Origin: Candidatus Acidiferrales bacterium
GTDB lineage: Bacteria > Acidobacteriota > Terriglobia > Acidiferrales > UBA7541
Direction of reading: 5' to 3'
NCBI GenBank assembly: GCA_030037335.1
Contig: JASHRN010000234.1
Coordinates: 19,371 to 83,370, forward strand
Length of the DNA: 64,000 nucleotides
The notes under the pieces were generated by a model. The model saw only the letters and a list, made by a program, of their open reading frames with translations, was not told the DNA's origin and made no database searches. This document shows positions 1 to 8,254 of this stretch, piece by piece. Position 1 is the first letter of the stretch. Each line of letters starts with the position of its first letter. The position numbers and the translations under genes are program-made.

Positions 1-1
1 T

Positions 2-76
2 GATGAGCTGCAGGACCTTATCAATCGCGGAGTGACTTCTCCCGCTATGACCGGCAAAACACCGGTCCGGCGGTAA
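2..76 (+). CDS. 3' end of an upstream gene (partial). Product cannot be determined from 24 codons; context suggests a pilus ATPase
   Basis: Open frame from the window edge to TAA at 74-76 (...DELQDLINRGVTSPAMTGKTPVRR*), directly upstream of pilC. Confidence 0.3.
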   Translation, partial: DELQDLINRGVTSPAMTGKTPVRR

Positions 77-111
77 AGCGGGTCGAGGAAAAGGAAACAG
101 GAGGGAACAAG

Positions 112-1332
112 ATGCCGGTCTACACATATACCGGAGTCAACCGGGCAGGAGCAAAAGTCTCGGGGGAGCGCTCCGCTACGACCAAGAGCGAATTGCAGAA
201 CGCGCTGCGGCGCGAGCAAATCAATGTGAGCAAAGTGTCGGAAAAGGGAAAAGAGTTCTCGATTCCGTCCTTTGGCGGCGGCAAGGTGAAGAGCAAAGAG
301 CTGGCGGTCTTCACGCGGCAATTCTCCGTGATGATCGATGCCGGTTTGCCGCTGGTGCAGTGCCTCGAGATTCTGGCCCAGCAGCAGGAGAACAAGACAT
401 TTCAGAAGATTTTGACCGGCGTCCGCAGCTCAGTGGAAGGCGGCGCGACACTTTCTTCGTCCATGAGGCAGTACGAAAAGGTGTTTGATCCGCTGTATTA
501 CAACATGGTGGAAGCGGGCGAGACGGGCGGTATCTTGGACACCATCCTTCAGCGGTTGTCCACTTACATCGAAAAGAACGTGAAGCTGAAGCGCGCGGTG
601 ACGTCGGCGATGATTTATCCCGCGGCTGTGATGGGCATTGCGGCTGGCGTGATTGCGCTACTGCTATGGAAGGTCGTGCCGATTTTCGTGACTCTATTTG
701 CGGGCCTCGGAGCGGCGTTGCCTTTGCCGACGCGTATTGTGATTGGCTTGAGTAACTTCGTGGGCAGCATTTACGGATTCCTGGTTGTGGTTTTTGTCGT
801 GGGCGGTGCGTTCGCTTTGAAGATGTGGTACGGCACGCCACAAGGCAAGCTGGCAATCGATAGTGCCCTGCTGAAGATTCCCATCATCGGAATGCTGCTG
901 CGAAAAATCGCGGTGGCGCGTTTTACGCGGACTTTAGGGACGCTGATTTCCAGCGGTGTGCCCATTTTGGAAGGGCTGGACATCACGGCGAAGACTTCCG
1001 GAAACGCGGTGGTGGAGCGCGCGATACAAAAGACGCGTAAGGCGGTCGAAGCGGGGCGCTCACTTGTGGATCCGTTGAAGGAAACGGAAGTGTTTCCAGG
1101 GATGGTGACGCAAATGATCGCGGTCGGCGAGCAGACCGGCGCGATGGATGCGATGCTGCAGAAAATCGCCGATTTCTATGAAGATGAAGTGGATGCGGCG
1201 GTGAAGGACCTGCTGACGCTGATGGAGCCGGTCATGATCATGTTTTTGGGAATCGTGGTCGGCGGCATCGTGATTTCGATGTACTTGCCACTGTTCTCGC
1301 TGATTGGAAAGCTGGCGACAGGCGGAGGATAG
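112..1332 (+). CDS. pilC: Type IV pilus platform protein PilC (T2SS F family)
   Basis: 406 aa. Two repeated T2SSF-type segments (FTRQFSVMIDAGLPLVQCLEIL and FTRTLGTLISSGVPILEGLDI), 3 TM segments, C-terminal LPLFSLIG. Pilus gene context. Confidence 0.9.
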   Translation: MPVYTYTGVNRAGAKVSGERSATTKSELQNALRREQINVSKVSEKGKEFSIPSFGGGKVKSKELAVFTRQFSVMIDAGLPLVQCLEILAQQQENKTFQKILTGVRSSVEGGATLSSSMRQYEKVFDPLYYNMVEAGETGGILDTILQRLSTYIEKNVKLKRAVTSAMIYPAAVMGIAAGVIALLLWKVVPIFVTLFAGLGAALPLPTRIVIGLSNFVGSIYGFLVVVFVVGGAFALKMWYGTPQGKLAIDSALLKIPIIGMLLRKIAVARFTRTLGTLISSGVPILEGLDITAKTSGNAVVERAIQKTRKAVEAGRSLVDPLKETEVFPGMVTQMIAVGEQTGAMDAMLQKIADFYEDEVDAAVKDLLTLMEPVMIMFLGIVVGGIVISMYLPLFSLIGKLATGGG

Positions 1333-1478
1333 GCCGGAGTTCGCGAAGGGGAAAGAACGGCTTCGGGATCGGGCTGCTTATGGTGCGCAGGCCCTGTTGA
1401 GGGTGGGTCTTCGGTTGTTTGCCGGGAGCGCGGTTGAGATCCTGACTCCAGCGGCGGCAGACGTTACGGACGATCGGG

Positions 1479-3167
1479 ATGGAACTCGCGCAACACACAA
1501 CACAATGGCTGGGATGGCTGGGACGAGTACGGTTCCTGGTCATTTCGTTTCTGCTGGCGGTAGTGTTGGCGGTGCACCAACTGACGCAACTGCCGCTCGT
1601 TGTCAAAGACTTCGTTCCGGTCATTCTCCTGTGGTATTTCCTGGCGATCTGCTTCGTGATTCTGCTGCGCTGGATTCCGCAGGCGCGCTGGCACGCGCCG
1701 TTGCAGATTACTTGCGACATCATTTTGATTACGGGACTGGTGTATTCCACCGGCGGGCACGAGAGCTATTTTATTTCGCTATACCTGCTGGCGATTTTGA
1801 TGGCCAGCGTGCTTTTTGAGCGACGCGGAGTATTTTTGGCGGCTGGCGGCGCGTTTGCGTTGTTAGGAGCGCTGGTCGAATTTACAGAATACGGATTTCT
1901 TCCGCGCACCTCGCTGACTACGCCGACCGCGCGCGCCCTGGAATTCTGGGTGTTCAGCAATCTGATTGGATTTTTTGCGGTGGCCTACCTGGGAAGCCTG
2001 CTCGCGCAGATGCTGCGCAGCAAGGGCGTGGAGCTCGAGGAAAAGCGCGAAGAGCTGCGCGATTTGCAGGCGTTCAACGAGAACATCATCGAGTCGATGC
2101 GCGGAGGCCTGATTACGACGGACCTCGAAGGGAAAATTTTGCTGGTGAACCATGCGGGAGGAGAGATTGCCGGAATTTCGCCGGCGGCATTCATCGGGAA
2201 GCAGATTCGCGAAGTCCTGCCAGGATTCTGGCTGACCGATGCGGATACAGAGTCGGGATTCACCGCATCGCGGAAGGAAGCTGAATTCCACACACCGGCG
2301 GGTGAGAAGAAATACCTGGGAGTCTCGGTTTCGCCGCTGCAAACGGGGCAGCAGGAAGTGAGCGGGTACGTCTTCAGCTTTCAGGATTTGACGGAATTGA
2401 AGCGATTGGAACGAGAAGTGGAAACGAAGAACCGCATGGCAGCGGTAGGACGGCTCTCGGCGGCGATTGCGCATGAAATCCGGCAGCCGCTGACTGCCAT
2501 GACCGGCGCACTGAAAGAGCTGGCGCGGCTCGCGCCTCTCGATGAGGACGACAAAAGACTGGTGCAGATTGTGGGGCGCGAGTCAGAAAGACTGAACCAG
2601 ATCATCACCGATTTCCTGGACTACTCGCGTGACAAGACCTATTCATTTCTCGGCAGCGATGTGCACGTGCTGATCGATGAAGCGCTCACGTTGATTGAAC
2701 GGGAGCAAAGCGCGGGAGGGAAGTACCGCATCGAGAGGCAATTCGCGGTGGAGCGCGCGATGGCGCGAGTGGATCGCGACCGCATCAAGCAATTGATCTG
2801 GAATCTGTGCAACAACGCAATGAGAGCTATGCCGGACGGCGGAACGCTTACGGTCAAGCTGGACGCGGATGAGGAATGGGTGCGCATTGGTATTCGCGAT
2901 ACGGGCGTGGGTCTGGACGCGCGGCAAGCAGCGAAATTATTCGAGCCTTTCCAGTCGGGCTTCCCGAAAGGCACTGGATTAGGGCTGGCGATTGTGTATC
3001 AGGTGGTGCAGGCGCATGGCGGGAAAATTCGCGTCGAATCGGAGCCGGCGCACGGGTCGGAATTCGTGATTGAACTGCCGCGATTGGGCGGCGCGGAATT
3101 CAGGGCGACGCATGCAAATGCGAGGCGCCTCGAGCGGCCGCAACCGGCAGTTGTCGGATGGGAGTGA
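1479..3167 (+). CDS. pilS: Membrane sensor histidine kinase, PilS-like
   Basis: 562 aa. About 6 N-terminal TM helices and a PAS-like middle region. H-box AAIAHEIRQPLTAM, N-box NLCNNAMRAM, G-boxes DTGVGL and GTGLGLAIV. Lies between pilC and a sigma-54 response regulator. Confidence 0.75.
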   Translation: MELAQHTTQWLGWLGRVRFLVISFLLAVVLAVHQLTQLPLVVKDFVPVILLWYFLAICFVILLRWIPQARWHAPLQITCDIILITGLVYSTGGHESYFISLYLLAILMASVLFERRGVFLAAGGAFALLGALVEFTEYGFLPRTSLTTPTARALEFWVFSNLIGFFAVAYLGSLLAQMLRSKGVELEEKREELRDLQAFNENIIESMRGGLITTDLEGKILLVNHAGGEIAGISPAAFIGKQIREVLPGFWLTDADTESGFTASRKEAEFHTPAGEKKYLGVSVSPLQTGQQEVSGYVFSFQDLTELKRLEREVETKNRMAAVGRLSAAIAHEIRQPLTAMTGALKELARLAPLDEDDKRLVQIVGRESERLNQIITDFLDYSRDKTYSFLGSDVHVLIDEALTLIEREQSAGGKYRIERQFAVERAMARVDRDRIKQLIWNLCNNAMRAMPDGGTLTVKLDADEEWVRIGIRDTGVGLDARQAAKLFEPFQSGFPKGTGLGLAIVYQVVQAHGGKIRVESEPAHGSEFVIELPRLGGAEFRATHANARRLERPQPAVVGWE

Positions 3168-3173
3168 GGAATT

Positions 3174-4562
3174 ATGGCGCACATGCTGGTCGTAGATGAC
3201 GAGAAGTCCATCTGCGAACTGTTGGAGATCACGTTTCGTAAGGAAGGGCATCGCGTTGAAGTGGCGAGCAATGGCGACGCGGCGAAGCGGCGGCTCGAGT
3301 CTCAAATCTACGACATCGTTATTTCCGATATTCGTATGCCGGACATGACCGGTGTGGACTTGCTGCGGTATTCAAAGGAAGTATCGCCGGCGACGGTCTT
3401 CATTTTGATTACGGGAGTGCCGACGCTGGGAACGGCGATCGAAGCGGTCAATTCTGGCGCAGACCGGTATGCGATCAAAGGAGACAAGCTGCTGGAGGAA
3501 TTGCGGCCAGCCGTGCAACAGGTGGCGGAAAACTTAAAGCTGAAGAAGGAGGCGGGGATTTTGCGCCGCGAGCTGCGGCGGCTGACCGGGCTCGACAATA
3601 TTGTAGGCACAAGCGCAAAGATGCGCGCGATTTTCGAGTTGATCCAAACCATTGCGCCGCAATCAAGCCGCGTCCTGATTACCGGAGAGAGCGGCACGGG
3701 AAAAGAGCTGGTGGCGCGGGCGATTCACGAAAACAGCGCGCGCACAAAGGCGCCGTTCATCACTATCAACTGCGGCGCTTTTCCAGAGACACTGCTCGAA
3801 TCTGAGCTTTTCGGCTACGTCAAGGGTGCGTTCACCGGTGCGAACGACAACCGCTCGGGACTGTTTCAGGCAGCCGATGGCGGAACACTGTTCATGGACG
3901 AAATCGGGAACATGAGCCCAACCATGCAGGTGAAGCTATATCGCGTTCTCCAGGAAGGCAAGGTACGGCCCATTGGGAGCACAGAAGAAATGGACGTGGA
4001 CGTACGCGTCATCGCCGCGACCAATAAAGACCTGGAGAAGGAGATTGCGGAGGACCGTTTTCGCGAGGATTTGTATTACCGGCTAAGCGTGATTCCCGTG
4101 CACGTACCGGCTCTGCGAGACCGCCGGGAAGATATTCCTCTTTTGGCGCGGCATTTTCTGGAGCGGTTCCGCAACACAACCGGAAAGAAAATTGAAGGCA
4201 TCGAACCAAAGGCAATGGAGCGGCTGGAGGCGTACGACTGGCCGGGAAACGTCCGCGAATTGGAGAATACGATTGAGCGGGCTGTCGCGCTGGAGACGGA
4301 AAAGCGAATTACGCTGGAAGGCTTGCCGGAGCGAATCCTGATGTATTATCAAAACCATTTCGCCGAGCGGCAGGTTCCGGAGGAGGCGACACGCCTGATT
4401 CCCGATGGTGGACTCGACTTGGAGAAACACATTTCGGAAATCGAAAGGGCGTATTTGCTGGGGGCGCTGGAGTGTTCAGGAGGGGTGCGGGTACGAGCGG
4501 CGGAGCTGCTACACATGACATACCGGTCATTCCGACACTATGCCAAGAAATACGAGATATAG
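3174..4562 (+). CDS. pilR: Sigma-54-dependent response regulator, PilR-like (NtrC family)
   Basis: 462 aa. Receiver domain (VVDDE...DIRMPDMTG), AAA+ Walker A GESGTGKE, ESELFGY..GAFTGA motif, C-terminal Fis-type HTH. Both downstream pilin genes carry -24/-12 promoters. Confidence 0.8.
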   Translation: MAHMLVVDDEKSICELLEITFRKEGHRVEVASNGDAAKRRLESQIYDIVISDIRMPDMTGVDLLRYSKEVSPATVFILITGVPTLGTAIEAVNSGADRYAIKGDKLLEELRPAVQQVAENLKLKKEAGILRRELRRLTGLDNIVGTSAKMRAIFELIQTIAPQSSRVLITGESGTGKELVARAIHENSARTKAPFITINCGAFPETLLESELFGYVKGAFTGANDNRSGLFQAADGGTLFMDEIGNMSPTMQVKLYRVLQEGKVRPIGSTEEMDVDVRVIAATNKDLEKEIAEDRFREDLYYRLSVIPVHVPALRDRREDIPLLARHFLERFRNTTGKKIEGIEPKAMERLEAYDWPGNVRELENTIERAVALETEKRITLEGLPERILMYYQNHFAERQVPEEATRLIPDGGLDLEKHISEIERAYLLGALECSGGVRVRAAELLHMTYRSFRHYAKKYEI

Positions 4563-4597
4563 ATATAGATGTACGGATCGGCTCCGCGATGAGGCAT

Positions 4598-4710
4598 GTA
4601 GGGGCCGACGTATTTGTTTGGTCGGCCCGCAAGCCGTCAGGATGGCAGGAATTCGAGGATTAGATGGCGCGATTGAATTGCGGCCCGACGAACCACGTCG
4701 GGCCCTACAA
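4598..4710. repeat. REP doublet (two inverted REP hairpins) on the left flank of the RAYT gene
   Basis: 4598-4628: GTAG-GGGCCGAC-N11-GTCGGCCC. 4682-4710: GGCCCGACG-aacca-CGTCGGGCC-CTACAA, which is the reverse orientation (TTGTAG on the other strand). Confidence 0.85.
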
Positions 4711-5266
4711 AACAAGGAAGCGATTTCACCTTGCAAAGGACAATTACGTTGGGCGACGAACGTATTTCATAACCTTGTGCACGACGAACCGCGCGTCCCT
4801 GTTTTTGGAGCGAAATTTGGCAGAGAAGGTTATTTCTATTCTGAAGGAAGATGCCAGCAGGATGGCATTTCTTCTTCACGCGTGGTGTTTGATGCCCGAT
4901 CATCTGCATTTTTTGACGGAGGGTGCTGACGAAACTGCGGATCTCTTTCAGTTTGTTACGCACTTCAAGCAGCGAACAACAGCCTCGTTCACCGGACCAC
5001 GAACTCTTTGGCAAAGAAATTTCTATGAGCACATTCTGCGAAGCCACGAGAAGATTGGACGCGTCGCAAATTACATTTGGATGAATCCAGTCCGGAAGGG
5101 CCTCTGCGAATTCGTGAACGAGCATCCGTATTCGGGCTCGCTGACCATGCCGTGGACGGATCCGGTCCAAGACCCATGGATACCGCCGTGGAAGAAAAGC
5201 ATCGCGGCCCGACGGACCACGTCGGGCCCTACAAGGCCGCGGGTCGGCGGCGTTGGGAAATTGTAG
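4664..5266 (+). CDS. REP-associated tyrosine transposase (RAYT; IS200/IS605 Y1 transposase-like)
   Basis: 200-aa ORF. HUH motif in HAWCLMPDHLHFL; catalytic-Tyr region ANYIWMNPVRKG. Flanked on both sides by REP hairpins carrying the GTAG tetranucleotide. There is no in-frame ATG/GTG/TTG between the REP at 4682-4710 and the conserved core, so the start (ATG 4664 or TTG 4673) lies upstream of that REP. The C-terminal ~40 aa read through REPs. Confidence 0.85.
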   Translation: MARLNCGPTNHVGPYKTRKRFHLAKDNYVGRRTYFITLCTTNRASLFLERNLAEKVISILKEDASRMAFLLHAWCLMPDHLHFLTEGADETADLFQFVTHFKQRTTASFTGPRTLWQRNFYEHILRSHEKIGRVANYIWMNPVRKGLCEFVNEHPYSGSLTMPWTDPVQDPWIPPWKKSIAARRTTSGPTRPRVGGVGKL

Positions 5267-5289
5267 GGGCCGACGTGTTTGGTCGGCCC
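5206..5289. repeat. REP doublet (REPIN-like inverted pair) on the right flank of the RAYT, upstream of pilA1
   Basis: 5206-5234: GGCCCGACG-gacca-CGTCGGGCC-CTACAA. 5261-5289: TTGTAG-GGGCCGAC-N7-GTCGGCCC. The GTAG ends face each other. Confidence 0.85.
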
Positions 5290-5457
5290 ATCAGGGAGAC
5301 ACATGGTGACGGTGCGCACCGACAATTTTCGGCGCTTTCTACGGCGGAAGGTTGTCCGGAAGGCACACCCCAAGGGGCGTCGTCCGGGGAGGAATGCAAC
5401 CATTTCATTTTCATAAGGTTGCGATGGCGCCCACACCATCGTGGAAAAGCACGGGGT

Positions 5458-5473
5458 TGGCATGTGGAGTGCT
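5458..5473 (+). promoter_or_regulatory. Sigma-54 (-24/-12) promoter of pilin gene 1
   Basis: TGGCATgtggaGTGCT. GG and GC have the exact consensus spacing of TGGCACG-N4-TTGCW. Lies 78 nt upstream of ATG 5551, downstream of a PilR-like activator gene. Confidence 0.7.
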
Positions 5474-5550
5474 TTTTACTTCCGTGCCGCCAAGGATTTG
5501 AGGCAATTCGCCTTGGGAAAAGTTTGACGCACGAACTTTAAGGAGAGGAC

Positions 5551-6108
5551 ATGAACCTGAATCGAAACAAGAACCAGAAGGGTTTTTCGTTAATCGAACT
5601 ACTGATCGTGGTGGCGATCATCCTGATTATCGCCGCGATCGCGATTCCGAACCTGCTGCGCTCGAAGATGGCCGCCAATGAGGCCTCGGCAGTCGGTTCA
5701 ATCCGTACGATTGTTACCGCTTCGATCACCTATAACTCGACCTATGGCAACCAGTTCGAACCCACGCTGGCGACGCTTGGACCTCCGGCGGGCGGCAGCG
5801 CAGTGAGCTGTTCGGCGGCTGGCCTGCTGGACCCGCTCCTTTCGGGCGTGAATCCGGCAACCGCTAACCCGCAGAAGAGCGGATATGAATTCACCTACAC
5901 CCCGACGGGCGCAGCGACGAACCCGGTTCCGACGAATTGCACGGCCGGATCAGCAGGGTTTGTGATTGCGGCGAAAGCGATCACCGAAGGGACGACGGGA
6001 AACCGTTCATTCTGTTCGGACGAGACGGGCGTGCTGTATGACGACCCGACAGGTGCTACGACGGCGACCACCGAATCGGTCTGCGAAGGCCTAACCCCAT
6101 TGCAGTAA
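5551..6108 (+). CDS. pilA: Type IV pilin (prepilin with class III signal peptide)
   Basis: 185 aa. MNLNRNKNQKG|FSLIELLIVVAIILIIAAIAIPNLL N-terminal cleavage/methylation motif with Glu+5. 4 Cys in the C-terminal globular part. RBS AAGGAGAGG upstream. Confidence 0.9.
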   Translation: MNLNRNKNQKGFSLIELLIVVAIILIIAAIAIPNLLRSKMAANEASAVGSIRTIVTASITYNSTYGNQFEPTLATLGPPAGGSAVSCSAAGLLDPLLSGVNPATANPQKSGYEFTYTPTGAATNPVPTNCTAGSAGFVIAAKAITEGTTGNRSFCSDETGVLYDDPTGATTATTESVCEGLTPLQ

Positions 6109-6133
6109 CAACAATCAACATTTGAGCACGAAA

Positions 6134-6166
6134 GGGAGGGGCTGCCGCCCCTCCCTTTTTTGTTTT
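6134..6166 (+). terminator. Rho-independent terminator after pilin gene 1
   Basis: Perfect 9-bp GC stem GGGAGGGGC-tgcc-GCCCCTCCC followed by TTTTTTGTTTT, 25 nt after the stop codon. Confidence 0.85.
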
Positions 6167-6215
6167 GGACGCGGTTTCATAAGGGCCAACGCGCTCGGTC
6201 TGCCCGTAAAGCCTC

Positions 6216-6284
6216 GGCCCGACGAACCACGTCGGGCCCTACAAAAAGCGTAGGGTTGTAGGGGCCGACGTAGCTAGTCGGCCC
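6216..6284. repeat. REP doublet between the two pilin genes
   Basis: 6216-6244: GGCCCGACG-aacca-CGTCGGGCC-CTACAA. 6256-6284: TTGTAG-GGGCCGAC-N7-GTCGGCCC. Confidence 0.85.
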
Positions 6285-6454
6285 GCATCTGCTCCGACAG
6301 CTTATGACGGCCCAAACTGACATTTCCCGTCGCTTTCGTTCGAGTTCACTGTTGGGAATAACCGGCACTGAAACAGCCTCGCTCAAACAATAGATAACGC
6401 TATCTGAATCAATGGAATACACCGTAGAAAGCATCGACCCGATGGCGCTGGGAA

Positions 6455-6470
6455 TGGCAAGGGATGTGCT
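6455..6470 (+). promoter_or_regulatory. Sigma-54 (-24/-12) promoter of pilin gene 2
   Basis: TGGCAAgggatGTGCT, with the same spacing and the same GTGCT -12 element as the pilA1 promoter. Lies 65 nt upstream of ATG 6535. Confidence 0.65.
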
Positions 6471-6534
6471 TTCTATCTATCCCATGACCCCAAGGGATGC
6501 TTTCGGTACAAGGAGAGGAGTGCCGGTCAGGACA

Positions 6535-7089
6535 ATGGGCAAAGCCAAACAATTCGAAACGGCAATGGGGAGCAGCCGTGGTTTTTCTCTGATTGAGCTG
6601 CTCATCGTCGTGGCAATTATCCTGATTATCGCTGGAATTGCGATTCCGAACCTGCTGCGGTCAAAGATGGCTGCGAATGACGCATCTGCTGTGGAGAGCA
6701 TTCACGCGATGCTGACGGCCGCAAGCGTGTATTACACGACCTACGATAACGGTTATCCTCCGAGCGCAACGGTGATGGGCCCGACGACTCTTGCGACGTG
6801 CAATCTGGCGGGATTGATTGATCCGCTTCTGGCGAATTCGCCGAATCAAAAGAGCGGATATACGGTTACGTATACCGGCCAAGAAGGGACCGTGAATGCG
6901 CCGACAGGTTGTGCGGCGCCTGGGTTTAATGGATTTCTGATCGCTGCAGTTCCGATCACCACAGGTGAGACAGGCGCGCGAAGCTTTTGCACTGAAGAAG
7001 ATGGCGTAATCCACGTAGACGTGAACGGCGGTGCGATCGGCAGCGATACTGTTTGCTCGGCGTTACCGATTCTGGCAACAGGGGATTGA
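6535..7089 (+). CDS. Type IV pilin paralogue 2
   Basis: The ORF track starts at 6412, but the -24/-12 promoter at 6455 and the RBS AGGAGAGGAG (6511-6520) favour ATG 6535 (alternative ATG 6565). ...SSRG|FSLIELLIVVAIILIIAGIAIPNLLRSKMAAN is nearly identical to pilin 1 in the N-terminal helix. The C-terminal domain is diverged, with 4 Cys. Confidence 0.85.
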   Translation: MGKAKQFETAMGSSRGFSLIELLIVVAIILIIAGIAIPNLLRSKMAANDASAVESIHAMLTAASVYYTTYDNGYPPSATVMGPTTLATCNLAGLIDPLLANSPNQKSGYTVTYTGQEGTVNAPTGCAAPGFNGFLIAAVPITTGETGARSFCTEEDGVIHVDVNGGAIGSDTVCSALPILATGD

Positions 7090-7111
7090 GTCCACCAGAC
7101 AGCCGCTGCAC

Positions 7112-7226
7112 GGGCCGACTGAATACGTCGGCCCCTACAACCCCCCTTTGCTGTCCTAAAGAGACGTGCGGGCGGCGTAAAGCCGCCCCTACAACAAACG
7201 GCAATGGGCTAACGCAGCCCCTACAA
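7112..7226. repeat. Three tandem REP-like hairpins sharing a GCCCCTACAAC tail
   Basis: 7112-7140: GGGCCGAC-N7-GTCGGCCC-CTACAA. 7170-7194: GGGCGGC-gtaaa-GCCGCCC-CTACAA. 7206-7226: GGGCT-aacgc-AGCCC-CTACAA. Confidence 0.8.
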
Positions 7227-7234
7227 CCAAGGCA

Positions 7235-7960
7235 ATGGTGGACGATGGCTGGCGTCCTGCTACACTGTTGGTCATGCCCGCTTTGATTACGGCGCTGGCG
7301 ATTCTACTCAGCTCACACCTCAGCGGAGCGCCCCCGATTCCTCAAAATCAGCGAACTGCCCGGCAGATCGCGCAGGCGTTTGATGCGCACTACCATAAGG
7401 TGCGCACATTGGCAGGATATTTTCTCGAGAAATACACCTCAGGAGGGTCAGGTCTGCTAGTCGAGAGCGGGACGGTCTATTTTGAGAAGCCGGGGCGGAT
7501 GCGCTGGGATTACGATTCGCCGGAGAAGAAGCTGTTTTTGGATGACGGCAAGGATATTTGGTTTTACGTTCCTGCGGACCATACCGCGAGCCGCACCCCC
7601 GCGAAGCAGAGCACAGACTGGCGAACGCCGCTGGCTCTTTTAGCAGGAAAGGTGGATCTCGAACGGCTGTGCGGCAGTTTGAGCCTTGGTCAGACCAGCA
7701 CAGCCGAGGCTGGTGATAGCGTCCTGATTTGCAAGCCACGGAAGGCGGATGAAAATGTATTCAGCCAGGTGCTGCTGGAATTGAACTTCCAGAGCCAGCT
7801 TGTTCGGCTGGACATTCAACAGCCGGGCGATTTGGAAATGGATTTTCATTTTGGCGATTGGCACGAGGATGCGCCGATCGAAGCTGCGAAATTTCATTTT
7901 GAGCCTCCGCGCGGTGTTGCCATTGTGGACGACGCGGAATTGGCGAAACAGGCACAGTAG
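7235..7960 (+). CDS. LolA-like outer-membrane lipoprotein carrier family protein
   Basis: 241 aa with a signal peptide (alternative start ATG 7274, MPALITALAILL...). LolA-like core: GYFLEKY...GTVYFEKPGRMRWDYDSPEKKLFLDDGKDIWFYVP. Confidence 0.6.
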   Translation: MVDDGWRPATLLVMPALITALAILLSSHLSGAPPIPQNQRTARQIAQAFDAHYHKVRTLAGYFLEKYTSGGSGLLVESGTVYFEKPGRMRWDYDSPEKKLFLDDGKDIWFYVPADHTASRTPAKQSTDWRTPLALLAGKVDLERLCGSLSLGQTSTAEAGDSVLICKPRKADENVFSQVLLELNFQSQLVRLDIQQPGDLEMDFHFGDWHEDAPIEAAKFHFEPPRGVAIVDDAELAKQAQ

Positions 7961-8254
7961 CCCCGCAACAGTCAGCCAGCCCCTCAGACACTCCCGGATT
8001 CCGGTCTTTCCCTGGAACCTGTGGGAGTCCTGTCGCGCGTGCTTCCGTTTGCCGGGCAACCGCCTTTGCCGCCGAGACGCTCGCAGCCCTTTCGCTCCGC
8101 GCTACCAGCGGCGGCGCGCACGGTCACAGCGCTGTAACTGCGGCCAGTAACGCTTTGGCGGCGCGAAAAGCGCGCGCTGACTGGCCGGCGCTGCGCCTGA
8201 AGGGTAGAGTAAACCATTGCATCCATTGAGGCGGGTGATGGAGGGTAGAGCGTC

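Noticed and set aside
6412-6534. 5'-extended ORF-track starts for several genes: 6412 (pilin 2), 20907, 30312 (EVE), 35219 (tatC), 36033 (M28), 38062 (ubiE), 43375, 50407 (GNAT), 56677 (TMEM175), 56705 (GntR), 63952 (mutase).
   Set aside because: The extensions overlap upstream genes or repeats, lack an RBS, and precede obvious family N-termini, signal peptides or promoters. Internal starts with an RBS fit better.
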